The notes below the pieces were generated by a model. That model saw nothing but the letters and a program-made list of their open reading frames with translations, was not told the DNA's origin and searched no databases. From the IMG/VR virus record IMGVR_UViG_3300042934_000212: DNA of 64,000 bases, one strand, 5' to 3'. Source of the DNA: a virus. Taxonomy: Duplodnaviria > Heunggongvirae > Uroviricota > Caudoviricetes. A program made the translations under genes and the position numbers. Every line of letters starts with the position of its first letter. Position 1 is the stretch's first letter. Positions 1 through 11,526 of the stretch are shown here, piece by piece.

Positions 1-310
1 GAGTCCAAACATGTGCAAGAGAAGTAATCTTACGTGGATAAACTACTAACCAGAAGCGTTCACCCTTTTCAACTTTATCCTGTAGGAATGGATCAACAAT
101 ACCTACGGGTTTAAGTTCTGGACGGAAGTCAGTTGCATATGCTTTACCATCTGAACCCAAACCAATATTAGAACCTACAGTTAAATCTTCCCCTGCTTCG
201 ATTGGTTCAACACCTAAATGGATTGCATCGCGACGTTCTTCGTTTACGTGGATAGTTCCGAGAGTATCTAATGCATCAGTACTTACACTACGTTTATCTT
301 TATGAGACAT
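1..310 (-). CDS. Hypothetical phage protein (runs off window start)
   Basis: Manual translation from ATG at 310: MSHKDKRSVSTDALDTLGTIHVNEERRDAIHLGVEP...GIVDPFL...WLVVYPRKITSLAHVWT, open to position 1. Confidence 0.7.
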   Translation of the reverse strand, partial: MSHKDKRSVSTDALDTLGTIHVNEERRDAIHLGVEPIEAGEDLTVGSNIGLGSDGKAYATDFRPELKPVGIVDPFLQDKVEKGERFWLVVYPRKITSLAHVWT

Positions 311-776
311 TGTTACCTTCCAAAATTGCAATATATTTGTTTAATTTTTTATGTGTAGGATTATGTATCTTATACCACATAATCACTGCTTCTTGACAAC
401 GTTTAACTAACACTGGATCAGAGCGTACCCTCGAACCAGATATAGAAAAATAACTAATTGCATTATTCCACAATTCTTTATCGTCTTTTATCATGTTATA
501 TATTTGACGAACGGTACGATAACGAAAAGATTTGGGATTTTTTTCTAGATATTGGTTCTCAATAGTTATTAACTTTTGTTTCTGTACTAAAAGATTTTCT
601 TTCTTTATTTTTTTATAATTAGAATAAGCGATGGAACAATGCTCACGTTCTTCTAATGTACATGAAGTTTTATTACGATTAACACTCACTTTACTTGCAA
701 TCATAGGATCATTAATCATCATTTTACATAGCTGATCAATTTCATAATTTATAAAGTTCATTATAATCTTATTCAA
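300..776 (-). CDS. Hypothetical protein
   Basis: 158-aa ORF overlapping both neighbours, consistent with an operon. Confidence 0.65.
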   Translation of the reverse strand: MNKIIMNFINYEIDQLCKMMINDPMIASKVSVNRNKTSCTLEEREHCSIAYSNYKKIKKENLLVQKQKLITIENQYLEKNPKSFRYRTVRQIYNMIKDDKELWNNAISYFSISGSRVRSDPVLVKRCQEAVIMWYKIHNPTHKKLNKYIAILEGNNVS

Positions 777-1761
777 AGTTAATATTATTACGTACTACAA
801 TACGACGAACTTTATCCATCATATCATTATAGCGGCGAGATAGAGTAGCTTTAGAAGTTACAAACTTTCCTTTGCCATCAATGTAACCAGATTCAATTAC
901 TTCTTCGAAAGTATGAACACGATAACCATCAAGACCATGTAGCAAACCTAGTAGAACACGCTCATGTTCTTCAAGTTCATTCATAATCTCTTCCATAACT
1001 GCAAGGAAATCTTTACTTAGACAACGTTCATCAACCACGTAGTCTGCACTTTCACCAGGGATAATATCTTTTAGGGTTTGTTCTGAACCTTCTTCTGAAC
1101 GGTTCATTGGAGTATCAATACTAAAAGTATTACTGTTGTAATTCATAATACGTTTTACTGAACGAATATCAATATCAGTTCCTTCAGCAATTTGTTCATT
1201 GGTTGGGTAACCATTACTGTCTTTAATAAAACGTTCAATGAAAGATTGAATTTTAATATTATTAACAGAAAGATACTCAGGTAATGCTACCATGCGAACA
1301 TCGTTGTTACCATTACGGTACATGTACTGACGAATTGCTGTAGTTGCATAAGTACTAAACATGGTACGGAAGTTAGGATCATAACCATAAATGGCTTTCA
1401 TTAATCCTTCAAAACCATATTGTACTTTATCCTGGAATGGGATGTTGCACGAACAGTTCTTTGCTTCGGTATAAACCAAACCACTATTATAAAGTACTAG
1501 TAGTTTTTTAGATTCTTCAACATCTTCACCAGCTTGGATCTTACGAATAAGTTCTTCGTTACTCACATATCCATTAGAACGTACTGAAGCTTTAATTTTA
1601 TCCATAGTTAAATCGGAAGAAGAAACTGTATCTTCAATTTTTGTTTCTTCTCCTTCAACATCGATTGAGCCTAAGTTATCGAGTGTTGTTTCTTCTGCTT
1701 CAAAACATTCATTCAGTACTTCATCTTGGATCTGGTCTAGGTTTAATTTCTTAAGGCTCAC
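769..1761 (-). CDS. Phage-encoded sigma70-family RNA polymerase sigma factor
   Basis: Region 2 motif DKVQYGFEGLMKAIYGYDPNFRTMFSTYATTAIRQ, region 3 PTNEQIAEGTDI...SIDTP, region 4-like C-terminus. Confidence 0.9.
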   Translation of the reverse strand: MSLKKLNLDQIQDEVLNECFEAEETTLDNLGSIDVEGEETKIEDTVSSSDLTMDKIKASVRSNGYVSNEELIRKIQAGEDVEESKKLLVLYNSGLVYTEAKNCSCNIPFQDKVQYGFEGLMKAIYGYDPNFRTMFSTYATTAIRQYMYRNGNNDVRMVALPEYLSVNNIKIQSFIERFIKDSNGYPTNEQIAEGTDIDIRSVKRIMNYNSNTFSIDTPMNRSEEGSEQTLKDIIPGESADYVVDERCLSKDFLAVMEEIMNELEEHERVLLGLLHGLDGYRVHTFEEVIESGYIDGKGKFVTSKATLSRRYNDMMDKVRRIVVRNNINFE

Positions 1762-2006
1762 AAATTTCTCCGAACAAAAATAATACAGTCAAATTTATCA
1801 ATAAAAAAAAGCCAGGCTAATTAGCGTGGCTTTGGTAAAACAGGTCGAGCGTAGGGGATTTGGTTATGCTGGATAAGTGCGGTGAATAATCACGTTGCCT
1901 TTATCCTGAATGAGATAGCGACGGGCTTCTGCTTCTGAACGGGCTGATACACGTTCACGGCGTTTGTCACTGCTGCCCTGCATGAAGTATTCTACAAGAA
2001 ACTCTT

Positions 2007-2243
2007 TCATGATACGGTATCCTTTTCTGTAATGTTGATGTTAATATCATAACCGAGGTCATTGATGAAGTCAATCAAAACATCAACACTGAACAAATCT
2101 TTTCGCTTATTGAACAGGTTCGATACGCGAGGCTGTGAAGTCTTCAGTACCTTCGACAAATCTTTCTGTGACAAATTACGTTCTGCTGCGGTTGTCATAA
2201 TCAACTGAAACAGGTGTGTTTTCAAAAGGTCTTTCTTATCCAT
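2007..2243 (-). CDS. XRE-family helix-turn-helix protein
   Basis: LSQKDLSKVLKTSQPRVSNLFN...FSVDVLIDFINDLGYDINI. Confidence 0.85.
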   Translation of the reverse strand: MDKKDLLKTHLFQLIMTTAAERNLSQKDLSKVLKTSQPRVSNLFNKRKDLFSVDVLIDFINDLGYDININITEKDTVS

Positions 2244-2282
2244 TTTACTTAATCTCTATTAAAAATTGTAATCTCAATTAAA

Positions 2283-2843
2283 AGTCGGCGGGGTTGTACA
2301 CCCCCGCCTGGTACTACATCAGTCATGCTACACCACTGATTAGAGTGTACCACCATTTTATCTGCAATGTCACTGACTATTGTCAGAAAAAAGAGAGATG
2401 GGTTTTCATACATCACAATACCACGCTGTATTGTGACGAGTACTATAACTTCAATCCGGTTTCCCCTAGTTTCGGTCATCCCAATAACTACGCGATTGAC
2501 ATAACTGAAGTTACAGTATACTACTCGCAATACCATTACTTTGAATGGAGAAGTCAGACATGAAAGGCTTCTACGATATTTTTAGCGGGAATATGCTACC
2601 CCGCATCAATCTCCACCTGTTACAGTACTAGTTCTTCAGTACTCTAACGTGTTCATTGCAATGTGTCACGCAAGTTGTGAACTTTTTATATTCGCAGTTA
2701 TTGCTCAGATGCCACGAATAGTTCACGATGTTCCTAGATTCATTAAGTATAAGTTTAATAGTTATCTGTTACATCTGCGTTCAATCCTCTTTGTCTGTTA
2801 ATAATCACACGCTTTTGTATGTCCAGTGTATACTGTCTTAAGA
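2283..2843 (-). ncRNA. Candidate large (~560 nt) structured ncRNA
   Basis: No credible ORF; more than 10 nested inverted repeats; own sigma70 promoter; GC-rich terminal hairpin at 2287-2308. Confidence 0.6.
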
Positions 2844-2849
2844 GTCTCT

Positions 2850-2878
2850 ATTATGCTTTACTTCGTTTTGCATGTCAA
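2850..2878 (-). promoter_or_regulatory. sigma70-type promoter TTGACA-N17-CATAAT
   Basis: Near-consensus hexamers with 17-nt spacer. Confidence 0.75.
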
Positions 2879-5602
2879 GATAATTTTTAAATTATTTTTA
2901 AGAAACTCTTTTTAAATCGGATATTTTTCTTTAAGTGAGTTCCAGTCTATCATAATTGGAACGCCAGGCAACTTATTTTTTAAAATATCTTTTGCCTGTT
3001 TGTATGCTTCTTCTTCGATACTATACAAGATGCGATTGTGATTTTCTAGGTTATACCATTCATACCCTTCAAACGCATTCCAGCTTTTACAACGTGCCTT
3101 AACTTCGCTGGTTTTTTTCCAACGATGATAAAACCGTTTACGCTCCATTACATCAATTTTAATGATTGAGCCGAATAGGTCTGGTGTAAGAACCGTAATA
3201 CTAACTATGAATTTAATCATAATAATCTCAATTAAAAGGGAGAGAATTTTCTCTCCAGTACAAACATCTTACTACTTTACCTTTCGGATTGCAACAACAA
3301 ATTTACCTTTTCCGTTATTAACGTACTCAGTCTTTGCCACAACCTTAGATTCACTTACCTGCACAATACAGTGAACGTGCGAAGTACTGCCAAGCTGAAA
3401 GCGTTCAATATATGCTTTAGCTGACTCTTGATCTTCAAAAGTCTTAGCAGTACTTACGTCAGGAGAACGTACCGGAGTCTTCCAACGATCTTCACGAATG
3501 TATTGATATTCAGGAAGTACTGAACTCTCAACCGTAATAATGAACATTAGCGTTTGTCCAAACCTAATGCACGGATTTCCTGTGTAGATAACTTAGCCAT
3601 TGCAGTTCGGCGTAGTTCTTCCTGAATGTCAGTTTCCTGAACTTTGGAAGTAGTTACTTTACAACAAAGGATACCAGTACCGTTATCAGAACGTTTGGAT
3701 TCCATTGCTGCGATCAATGAATTGTGCTTACGTGCACTTGCGAAGTCGGTTTTATATGGATAACCACCAGTGTGACTATCATGTGCAATAAAACCATCAT
3801 CTTTTTCAACTACAAAGTAAATTAATGAGTGTGACATATTAGCCATTCCCGTATTGAATATTAGTGAACTTACGTTCTGCGTCATACAAAACGTGTTCGC
3901 GTACAATTACGCCATTTTCGATGTGCAGTACTTTTTCATGCAATGGAGTACTTAAAGTAATTTGTTTAAGTTCTTTAAGTTCCAATGATACTTCACCTTT
4001 GTATTTCAAGAAGCCCATACGTTTACGATTGAACCGGTACTCAACACTAGAACTATTAATGTTGATATAATAGATCCCTTCTTCTTCGATGGTTTTACCT
4101 TCTTCAATATAGGTGATGATTATTTTAAAATCACCGAATTCAGTATAGGGTGAAAAACAAGTTTTAAGTTCATCACCAGTAACGGTGAATTCAAAAGTTT
4201 TGTTTTGTTTAGTTGTGAACTTAGTTGCTGCACCATTAGTTCCCATCGTGAGGATACGTAATGGTGTATCTGCAAACTGTTCAATTACATCAGCGTTACG
4301 GCGATCCATATCAACGAATCTACCAGGTGATGTAAGAATAATCCAGTCATTCTTTTTAAACATCATTCCTCACATAGCAAGTGATTCAATGAATTCGAAC
4401 AGTTCCTGACTTTCTTCAAACCCAGCAGCAACTAAACGAATACGAGTTTCTTCAATACTGGCAGAAGTTTCATATGCACCTTCCATGATCTCAGATACAC
4501 AATCAGGCAACAACTCCCAAAAGTCATCTTCTGGATAATTATCATCCAAGCAACCATGTTCTTCGAAGTACTCTTTATCTTCGATACTAATCACTAAACC
4601 AAAGTCGTTAGTTTCGTTAAAAGAGAAAATGTACATTTAAATCTCCAGACCGTATACGGTAGCTTTATCACGTAATTCATAAGGATCAAAGAACTCCCTG
4701 ATCCACCCATCGCGGGATACCCAGCTTTCCCAAGTTTTATTCCGGCGACGATAAGAAGTAAAGTCCAAACGAACAACACTGTCATTAGTGTACGCTAGGT
4801 TGTCTGATTGTACAACACAAAATTTCTTATTAATATCTACAACAAAATCACGGTGTGCAAAAACTTGTTCGCCATTACATTCAATTAAAATTAAACTTTC
4901 GAAGTTGCGAAGGCCAACAATTTTACCAGTTTGGATATTACCATAACTCAGGAAACATACTTCTTGATCGATTTTCAGTGACATACTAAAACCTTTTTAA
5001 AAAGTACCGTCCTAAGACGGTACATAATATTAATCTTTAAACGTAATGAATGGACAAATCTTTTGTTTTTTCGCTTTAATAAAAGCAACTACAAAGTTTT
5101 GTTCTTTTTCTTCATCTTCAGTACATTCTTTAATTCCTAAACGGTTTTTAATTTCTGAACGTAAGAAATATAAAACAAGTACAAGTTCAATTAATAGAGA
5201 TGAAATTACAGCCCTGTAGTTGAATACGCCTGGGAGTTGTTTGAATGATTCCGGTAGTACATGTACCCATACCAGTAGATCATTTGTAATACAACCAATA
5301 CCGTACAGTAGTGCGACTGATAATGCAAAAATTGCAATAAGAATGAGTGCTGCTGCACCAATTAAAATGAATGGTGAAAGTACTACCTGCCAGAAATAAA
5401 TGCAGAGAGAATCCGATGGACTCCGACTAAAGAAGTCCATAGTAAAGTCTGCCAAACGGTAATGCCAAGATTTACGACTAATATTCATTAACTGCCTCGT
5501 GTTAGGGAATTAACACAATCCCCAATGGTTGGATGTTTAGTACCGAATTGATAACCAATACCAGCACCGATGCTCATAACTACTAAAAGAAGAATAATTG
5601 GC

Positions 5603-6319
5603 TTAATCATTTTGCTGCTCCAGACCTGAGATTATCGTTTCAATATCCGCTTGACATTTGCGAATATATTCCTCTGAGTCATAGTAAGCCGTTCCGTTCG
5701 CGACTTGAACTTGCTCTTTAGATAAGTATAATCCATTTTGTAGATTATAGTCAAGAACAATTTTCCACGCTTTGTACGTCGCTAAGACCAATTCCACGAT
5801 GATCGGATGGTGGTCTGCCTTAACATCAAAACAGATCGAATAGTCACGGCTGAACGGATAAGGAGTGCTGATAAAGTTCCTGCTATGGTCAGCCATCTGA
5901 TCCGTTACATAAGCAATTTGCTCTGCTGCGATTGCCTCTGCATTGAAGTAGTACGATTTATCCTGTACTACAAATTCCTGCTTATAAGTTGCAATCATTT
6001 TTTCCATGCGTTGTTTAATACGCTCTGGAACTTCAGGGAATAGATCTTTCCATTGTTGATAGTTAGATTCTTCTTCTTGGACAAAACGAGCATGTTTGTC
6101 CAGTACGATATTAAAATTATAATCGTACTTCGAAAACAGATTCTGATAACGGCGTTCATCGTATTCATCGTACTGCAATCCTTGTACTGGATCATAATCA
6201 AAACCGTTACCAATAACAGAAAAGATATGATCCAGTTGGCTTAGTGCAGTAGGATGAATAGTAATGTATTTGTACTTCTGAAAACTCAGGTTGTACAGTA
6301 CATTAGCTAATTCACTCAT
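5603..6319 (-). CDS. Hypothetical protein
   Basis: 238-aa ORF in minus-strand gene run. Confidence 0.7.
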   Translation of the reverse strand: MSELANVLYNLSFQKYKYITIHPTALSQLDHIFSVIGNGFDYDPVQGLQYDEYDERRYQNLFSKYDYNFNIVLDKHARFVQEEESNYQQWKDLFPEVPERIKQRMEKMIATYKQEFVVQDKSYYFNAEAIAAEQIAYVTDQMADHSRNFISTPYPFSRDYSICFDVKADHHPIIVELVLATYKAWKIVLDYNLQNGLYLSKEQVQVANGTAYYDSEEYIRKCQADIETIISGLEQQND

Positions 6320-6578
6320 TACTTACCCCAATAGAATGTTTAAGATTTGTTTTTTCATATTGACTACGTTTGCTTCCAGCTTGGATTTCGCATTGAAAGT
6401 ACTGTCAATATCTTTATAGAACTGGTCGATCTCTTTCGTCCTGATACCAGCAGCTTCAGTGAACTTCTCTTGGATAATGTCGTACAGACCTTTAATCTTT
6501 AGAGACATTTCCTGTACCTGAGCATCAGTACTTTTGATAGATACAACCAGTTCGTTAATTTGTTCTGACATTTTAAAC

Positions 6579-6989
6579 CTACTTTACTTGTTGGACGACA
6601 GTATCATCGTAAATCTTCTGTTGCAATTTACGGAGTATAATGAAGAATACTACAAAAAACATGGTGGTGCAAGTCCCGAAATACATTTGATACTGGAACA
6701 TGAACAACGCACACGGAATTAAAATGTACACTGGCACTGCTGAAATTACGTAGCTTCCATAACGCCTGTGCATATCTAACCGTATTTGATGGTGCTTATC
6801 ACCCAATGCGTCAACCATAATATGAGCCGTCATTGCAGCGGCAGCAGCCAGTATAATAAGTATAACGGTACTCAATGTAAACCACTGCTGCGGAATATGT
6901 AAGTTCACATTCAACGCTTTTTGAATAACATCCATGAATCCAATAAAGTACAGTACAAAGAACGCAATCAGATACTTATTGATTTTCAT
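6579..6989 (-). CDS. Multi-pass membrane protein
   Basis: About 4 hydrophobic segments. Confidence 0.65.
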   Translation of the reverse strand: MKINKYLIAFFVLYFIGFMDVIQKALNVNLHIPQQWFTLSTVILIILAAAAAMTAHIMVDALGDKHHQIRLDMHRRYGSYVISAVPVYILIPCALFMFQYQMYFGTCTTMFFVVFFIILRKLQQKIYDDTVVQQVK

Positions 6990-6996
6990 TTTAACC

Positions 6997-7455
6997 TCAG
7001 TCGTCGAGTACTACGGTTGGTTTATGACGGGCGTTTTGTTTTGCCACTTCCAGATTGTGTTCTTCAGCGTATGAGTTCTGCTTAACGCGAACATAGTTCC
7101 ATAGTACAAACAACGCCAATGCCATAATAACCCACGGCCAATCATTAAGTGCAAAGCTAATGATTGTAAACGCCAAGAAGTGATATGTGTAAATGAAGTT
7201 GAAGCTCTGGAATTTAAACACTTCTTCATAGTGTTCTTTCATTGAACGTTTGTATTCAATTGATGGATGAACCCCGACCCAATAGATACCAGACGCAATG
7301 ATCGAACCCATGTAGAAGATGATCATCAGTATTACATATTTGTCCTGAAGAGTACTGTTAATATAAACGTACTTTTCATTGAGACTGAGGAATGCAAATA
7401 CACATTCCACGAAGATAAGCAGTACTGTAATGAGATTGATGTATGAACGTTTCAT
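6997..7455 (-). CDS. Multi-pass membrane protein
   Basis: About 4 hydrophobic segments. Confidence 0.65.
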   Translation of the reverse strand: MKRSYINLITVLLIFVECVFAFLSLNEKYVYINSTLQDKYVILMIIFYMGSIIASGIYWVGVHPSIEYKRSMKEHYEEVFKFQSFNFIYTYHFLAFTIISFALNDWPWVIMALALFVLWNYVRVKQNSYAEEHNLEVAKQNARHKPTVVLDD

Positions 7456-9028
7456 TTTTCACCTATTAAGTGGGGATGGTTAATCCCCATTTATTGTTTA
7501 CTTAAGGGAGATACCCCAATTTTTTTCCATTTCAGCTTTCAAATTACCAATTTCCGAATTTGAAAGTACAATCTTTTCTTTTTTCTGCTGCGGCTTCGCT
7601 ACTGTAACATCGCTCTTACCCATATTCTGGATAGCAAAGTTCGTTACATCTTTCACTGAACTTAGTTTACCGTTCAGTAGTTGACCGAAGAAAACATTAC
7701 GCTTACCAATGAATTCACCTACTTCACTGACTGGCACAACTGTTTTACTTAGTACTGCTACTTTCGTAAAGCCAGTGATTAGTTTATCAGCTTTCACATC
7801 GCAGATAATTGCGAACGGGTAACCTTCCCAATAACAAATCCATTTGTGGAAATCAGTTGCATCAACTTTCAAACAATCTTTAAAAGTATAATACATAAAA
7901 TCATCATCCATGAGTCCTAAGAAACCACCATCATCAGCAATAGATTCAATTGGGATATATCCGGCACGGTTGATCATGGTTTTGGTAATTTTAGTTGCTA
8001 GTACAGATGACATATTCCACTTCCTCAAAAGAATTCAAATTATATAATTCACAAATTAAAAAGTATTAAATTACGTTACGGCGTTTTTCTGTCTTTTCTT
8101 TCTCTTTTTGGTCTTGTAGCTTTTTAACAACCTTATCCGCTAGGATAAACACAGTTGGTGAAAGCAAATATTCTGTACCCTCTATACTACCTACTTTGTA
8201 CTGAAAGTGCAACGTATTTCCACCTGGCTTTACAATGCGAAGTTTGTATTCTTCAGGTTCATCACGCCATGTCGGGCCGGACAAACCACAATCTGTCGCA
8301 TTGTCAAGTGCTAATGCTAAAAGTTTTTCCAACTTAGCATTAACTTCAGGATAAAAGTCGTGTTGGGTATTGATCTGCTGATACGTACACAAGTATGAAA
8401 GAGCATAGTTCTTGAAGAACGAGAATACACCATCCGATACCTTTAACGCATAGATACTTCTGATATTCACGCCACCAGATTGAAAGCAAAATGCTAACTG
8501 GAAAAACACGAAAAACACAATTACATATAACGTCATTTTATTGCCTTATATTCTTCCTCACATTTGATTGAACGTGAAGATGGTGGAGTTACTTTTGCTG
8601 AATCAACACCACTTTGATAATACTCATATACTATCTGATTCTTTTCCAGTTCAGAGGATTGAATCTGATCGTTATAGTACTTTTGCATTTTGGTGTAAAT
8701 CTTTTTCTTAGAGGTATAACTCATTTGAGTAGTATACCCAGCACAATACGCATAGTGATTAACACCAGTACTCGCATGTGCTTGTTTGTACAGAAACAGT
8801 GATACTAAACCCAGGAATAATAATCCTACTAGTTTCACAATACTTTCTCCAACGTAATAGTTACCGGAGTATAACGATCTGCAAAACTGATTAATGCAGT
8901 ATGCAGTACTTTAACAACTTTGAATTCGTGGGCGTAAAGAGAAACAGTATCGCCCACTGATGGAATATTCCAAAACATAATTGTTTCAGTTAATCCATCC
9001 ATTTCAACAATAACATCCTTTGGTACAA

Positions 9029-9616
9029 TCATTGGAAACGTAACTCCTGTAGTGGTGACATAATATCACGTACTGGATAGTTCTCGATCTTCGGACGATT
9101 ATCTGGACCCGTCATTACTGGTTCAATCAGATGAATTTCTTCGACCTTGTTATATCCTTCGAACGTAAATTCCTGGATGCGTTCATTATACAACGCCCAA
9201 ATAACAATATCTGCTTTGCGTTGAATCTTAGGTAATTGGCGTGAACTAATACATGGACCGTATCGTAACCATGCACCGTACTTGATACCCTTTACTTCGA
9301 TTCGTTTACCGCCAACGTAAATATCGCATTCACCTTCGCGACGTTCGTCTAGGAACGCTGCATCGATTTGTAAGTCCAAACCAGTGATTTGCTCGATCTC
9401 TTTGAACAGAATCAATGCGGCATGTTCGGCTGCTAATCCTACCATGTGTGAGTGAGTATGATTCTGACCGTAAGGCGACACGCCATCTGGCGAAATGACA
9501 GAAAACTTTTCAGACTTAATTACCGCTTGCTCTAGCAGGGTTGCTGCTTCTGCGTCAGACAGGCGGATTTTCATCTTGTTTTCACGAATAATCAAACGAC
9601 TCATTTTTTTGTTCAC
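9029..9616 (-). CDS. Putative PD-(D/E)xK-fold nuclease-like protein
   Basis: GLAAE...ECDIYVGGKRIEVKG pattern. Confidence 0.45.
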   Translation of the reverse strand: MNKKMSRLIIRENKMKIRLSDAEAATLLEQAVIKSEKFSVISPDGVSPYGQNHTHSHMVGLAAEHAALILFKEIEQITGLDLQIDAAFLDERREGECDIYVGGKRIEVKGIKYGAWLRYGPCISSRQLPKIQRKADIVIWALYNERIQEFTFEGYNKVEEIHLIEPVMTGPDNRPKIENYPVRDIMSPLQELRFQ

Positions 9617-9634
9617 CTCAATTAATATAGGTAC

Positions 9635-9662
9635 ATTATAGCAAAAAAGTGACTCAAGTCAA
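9635..9662 (-). promoter_or_regulatory. sigma70-type promoter TTGACT-N16-TATAAT
   Basis: Near-consensus hexamers upstream of the 9616 gene. Confidence 0.55.
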
Positions 9663-9779
9663 GCACTTTAAAAACTCTAGTTTTATTTCTTATGATTATT
9701 AGAGCATGAAAAGATTATAATTGTCAACTAAAATTGGCGTATTTGAAATAAATACCTGACAATAACAGGAGGATACACA

Positions 9780-10916
9780 ATGGCTAGACCTATTGCGGGT
9801 ATTGATGAATATAAATTTGGCGAATGTGGATTTGTAGTTGACGGTGCGTTACTAAAAAATGGCGTTAAACTAAAGAATGTTCGTATTTACAAACAACGTT
9901 CGATACATACCTTTGATTTAATCGATCCAAATTCAGGAACAATATATCAGAAAGTACAGCTAACTGGTTATGATGATAGTTCTCGTGTGTTGGATTATTC
10001 AATGACAGATGATGTTCTACTAACTAAGATACCAGTGAACTCATTCTATGTTCGTGGTTACAATGATGCTTTATCTCATAAGGGATTCGTAATACGTTTT
10101 CTAACGCATAAAGTAGTTCTCAGTGATGGAAGTCATGCTAATCTTTATGATATGTATACACCTTACTGTAGCATCCCGACTCCAGAGTTGGGTCTTATTA
10201 CAATTAGTACTGTAACCGTAGACAGCACAACCGTAACTGGTTCTGTTAGTTCTACAACAGGAACATTATATGAAGATGGAATGGTAGTTACATTAACTAC
10301 TCCAGATGGAAGGGTATATACTACTACAGTAGTGAACAGGGTTTTCACTTTCGAAAACGTACAGTTCGATACTGAAGGTACTGGTATACTAGAGATTACT
10401 TCTCCACACTATAATACCAAAACAATTGATTTTGAAGTTAAACCACCAACAGCAGATACTGATTATGTTACCGATTATGCGGTAGCAGCAAGCCAGTTCG
10501 TTGATAACGGCGATGGATCATATTCATATTCTTTACCAGAAAGTCAACACAATCGCGGAAGTGATATAGTGGTTCAGTTACAAGCTAATGGTGTAGTATA
10601 TGATGCTTCAGTACAGGTTGATTCGGATGGTAATGTTACGCTAACGCAGACAGTTAAGCAGGATGCTAACATTCTTATAATCGGGAAAACTAAGTTAACT
10701 GCACCTTATGCAGCTACTTTAGTATGGACATTGGACGGTGGTGTTTACAAGATGGATATTCCATTCAGTACTCACCAGAAAGATAATGTTGTTATCGCAG
10801 TATATGAAAATACACAACTAGTAACAATTGAAGTACATTTAGATGATTCTAATAATGTAACTCTTATCAGTGATTCGGAACTCACTGGTAAAGTGGTTAT
10901 TGCAGGACATGACTAA
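9780..10916 (+). CDS. Probable virion or structural protein with beta-rich (Ig-like) domains
   Basis: Only long plus-strand gene; AGGAGG RBS; Thr/Val-rich beta pattern; upstream TAAATA (9749-9754) resembles a late promoter. Confidence 0.6.
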   Translation: MARPIAGIDEYKFGECGFVVDGALLKNGVKLKNVRIYKQRSIHTFDLIDPNSGTIYQKVQLTGYDDSSRVLDYSMTDDVLLTKIPVNSFYVRGYNDALSHKGFVIRFLTHKVVLSDGSHANLYDMYTPYCSIPTPELGLITISTVTVDSTTVTGSVSSTTGTLYEDGMVVTLTTPDGRVYTTTVVNRVFTFENVQFDTEGTGILEITSPHYNTKTIDFEVKPPTADTDYVTDYAVAASQFVDNGDGSYSYSLPESQHNRGSDIVVQLQANGVVYDASVQVDSDGNVTLTQTVKQDANILIIGKTKLTAPYAATLVWTLDGGVYKMDIPFSTHQKDNVVIAVYENTQLVTIEVHLDDSNNVTLISDSELTGKVVIAGHD

Positions 10917-10919
10917 AAT

Positions 10920-10947
10920 AAAAGGCACTCTTATGAGTGCCTTTTTT
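10920..10947. terminator. Bidirectional intrinsic terminator
   Basis: AAAAGGCACTC-TTAT-GAGTGCCTTTTTT between convergent genes. Confidence 0.75.
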
Positions 10948-11473
10948 CTTTGTTATAAACAACAGCTCTTGATTTATGAACTTTTGAACGATGAACTTCG
11001 TTCCATATGGTAGATTCAATACTATGCGAGTTCGGCCTTATAAGGATTAATGAATCACTATAAGTACTCAATGCATACAACAGTTTATTTCTGTATGATT
11101 CTGGAACAATGTCATATGCATAGCTACATATAATCACATCATATCCTTTATCAAATGTACACTGGAAATCTGCAATATCCTCAAATGAATAAGGATAGCA
11201 TTTAAAACCAGTTTCTTCAGTATATCGTTCATGCATATACTTATCAGCACCTTCTATGTTCTGTACTCCACAGTTCTTTAGTACGGAACTAACCAAACCA
11301 TTACCTGAAGCTAGATCAAGTACTGTTGCATCTTCAGTAAAGAATTGATAGAAGGTATCCATCAGGCATTCATTAACAAACTGCTCATGTGGATTAGTAT
11401 ATGTCTTTTGTGTTTCTTGTTGTTGGTAGTATTCCTGGACGCCTAATGTCCTGTACTGCTCTGTAACTTTCAT
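10931..11473 (-). CDS. Class I SAM-dependent methyltransferase
   Basis: VLDLASGNG motif I; YDVIICSYA. Confidence 0.8.
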   Translation of the reverse strand: MKVTEQYRTLGVQEYYQQQETQKTYTNPHEQFVNECLMDTFYQFFTEDATVLDLASGNGLVSSVLKNCGVQNIEGADKYMHERYTEETGFKCYPYSFEDIADFQCTFDKGYDVIICSYAYDIVPESYRNKLLYALSTYSDSLILIRPNSHSIESTIWNEVHRSKVHKSRAVVYNKEKRHS

Positions 11474-11526
11474 ATTGTCCTTAACGAAAAAAGGGAGCCA
11501 TTTGGCTCCCTTAATGAATTCAGATA

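Noticed and set aside
2249-2563. ORFs 2249-2536 (-) and 2294-2563 (+)
   Set aside because: No RBS, atypical composition, and they overlap a hairpin-dense region better explained as RNA.
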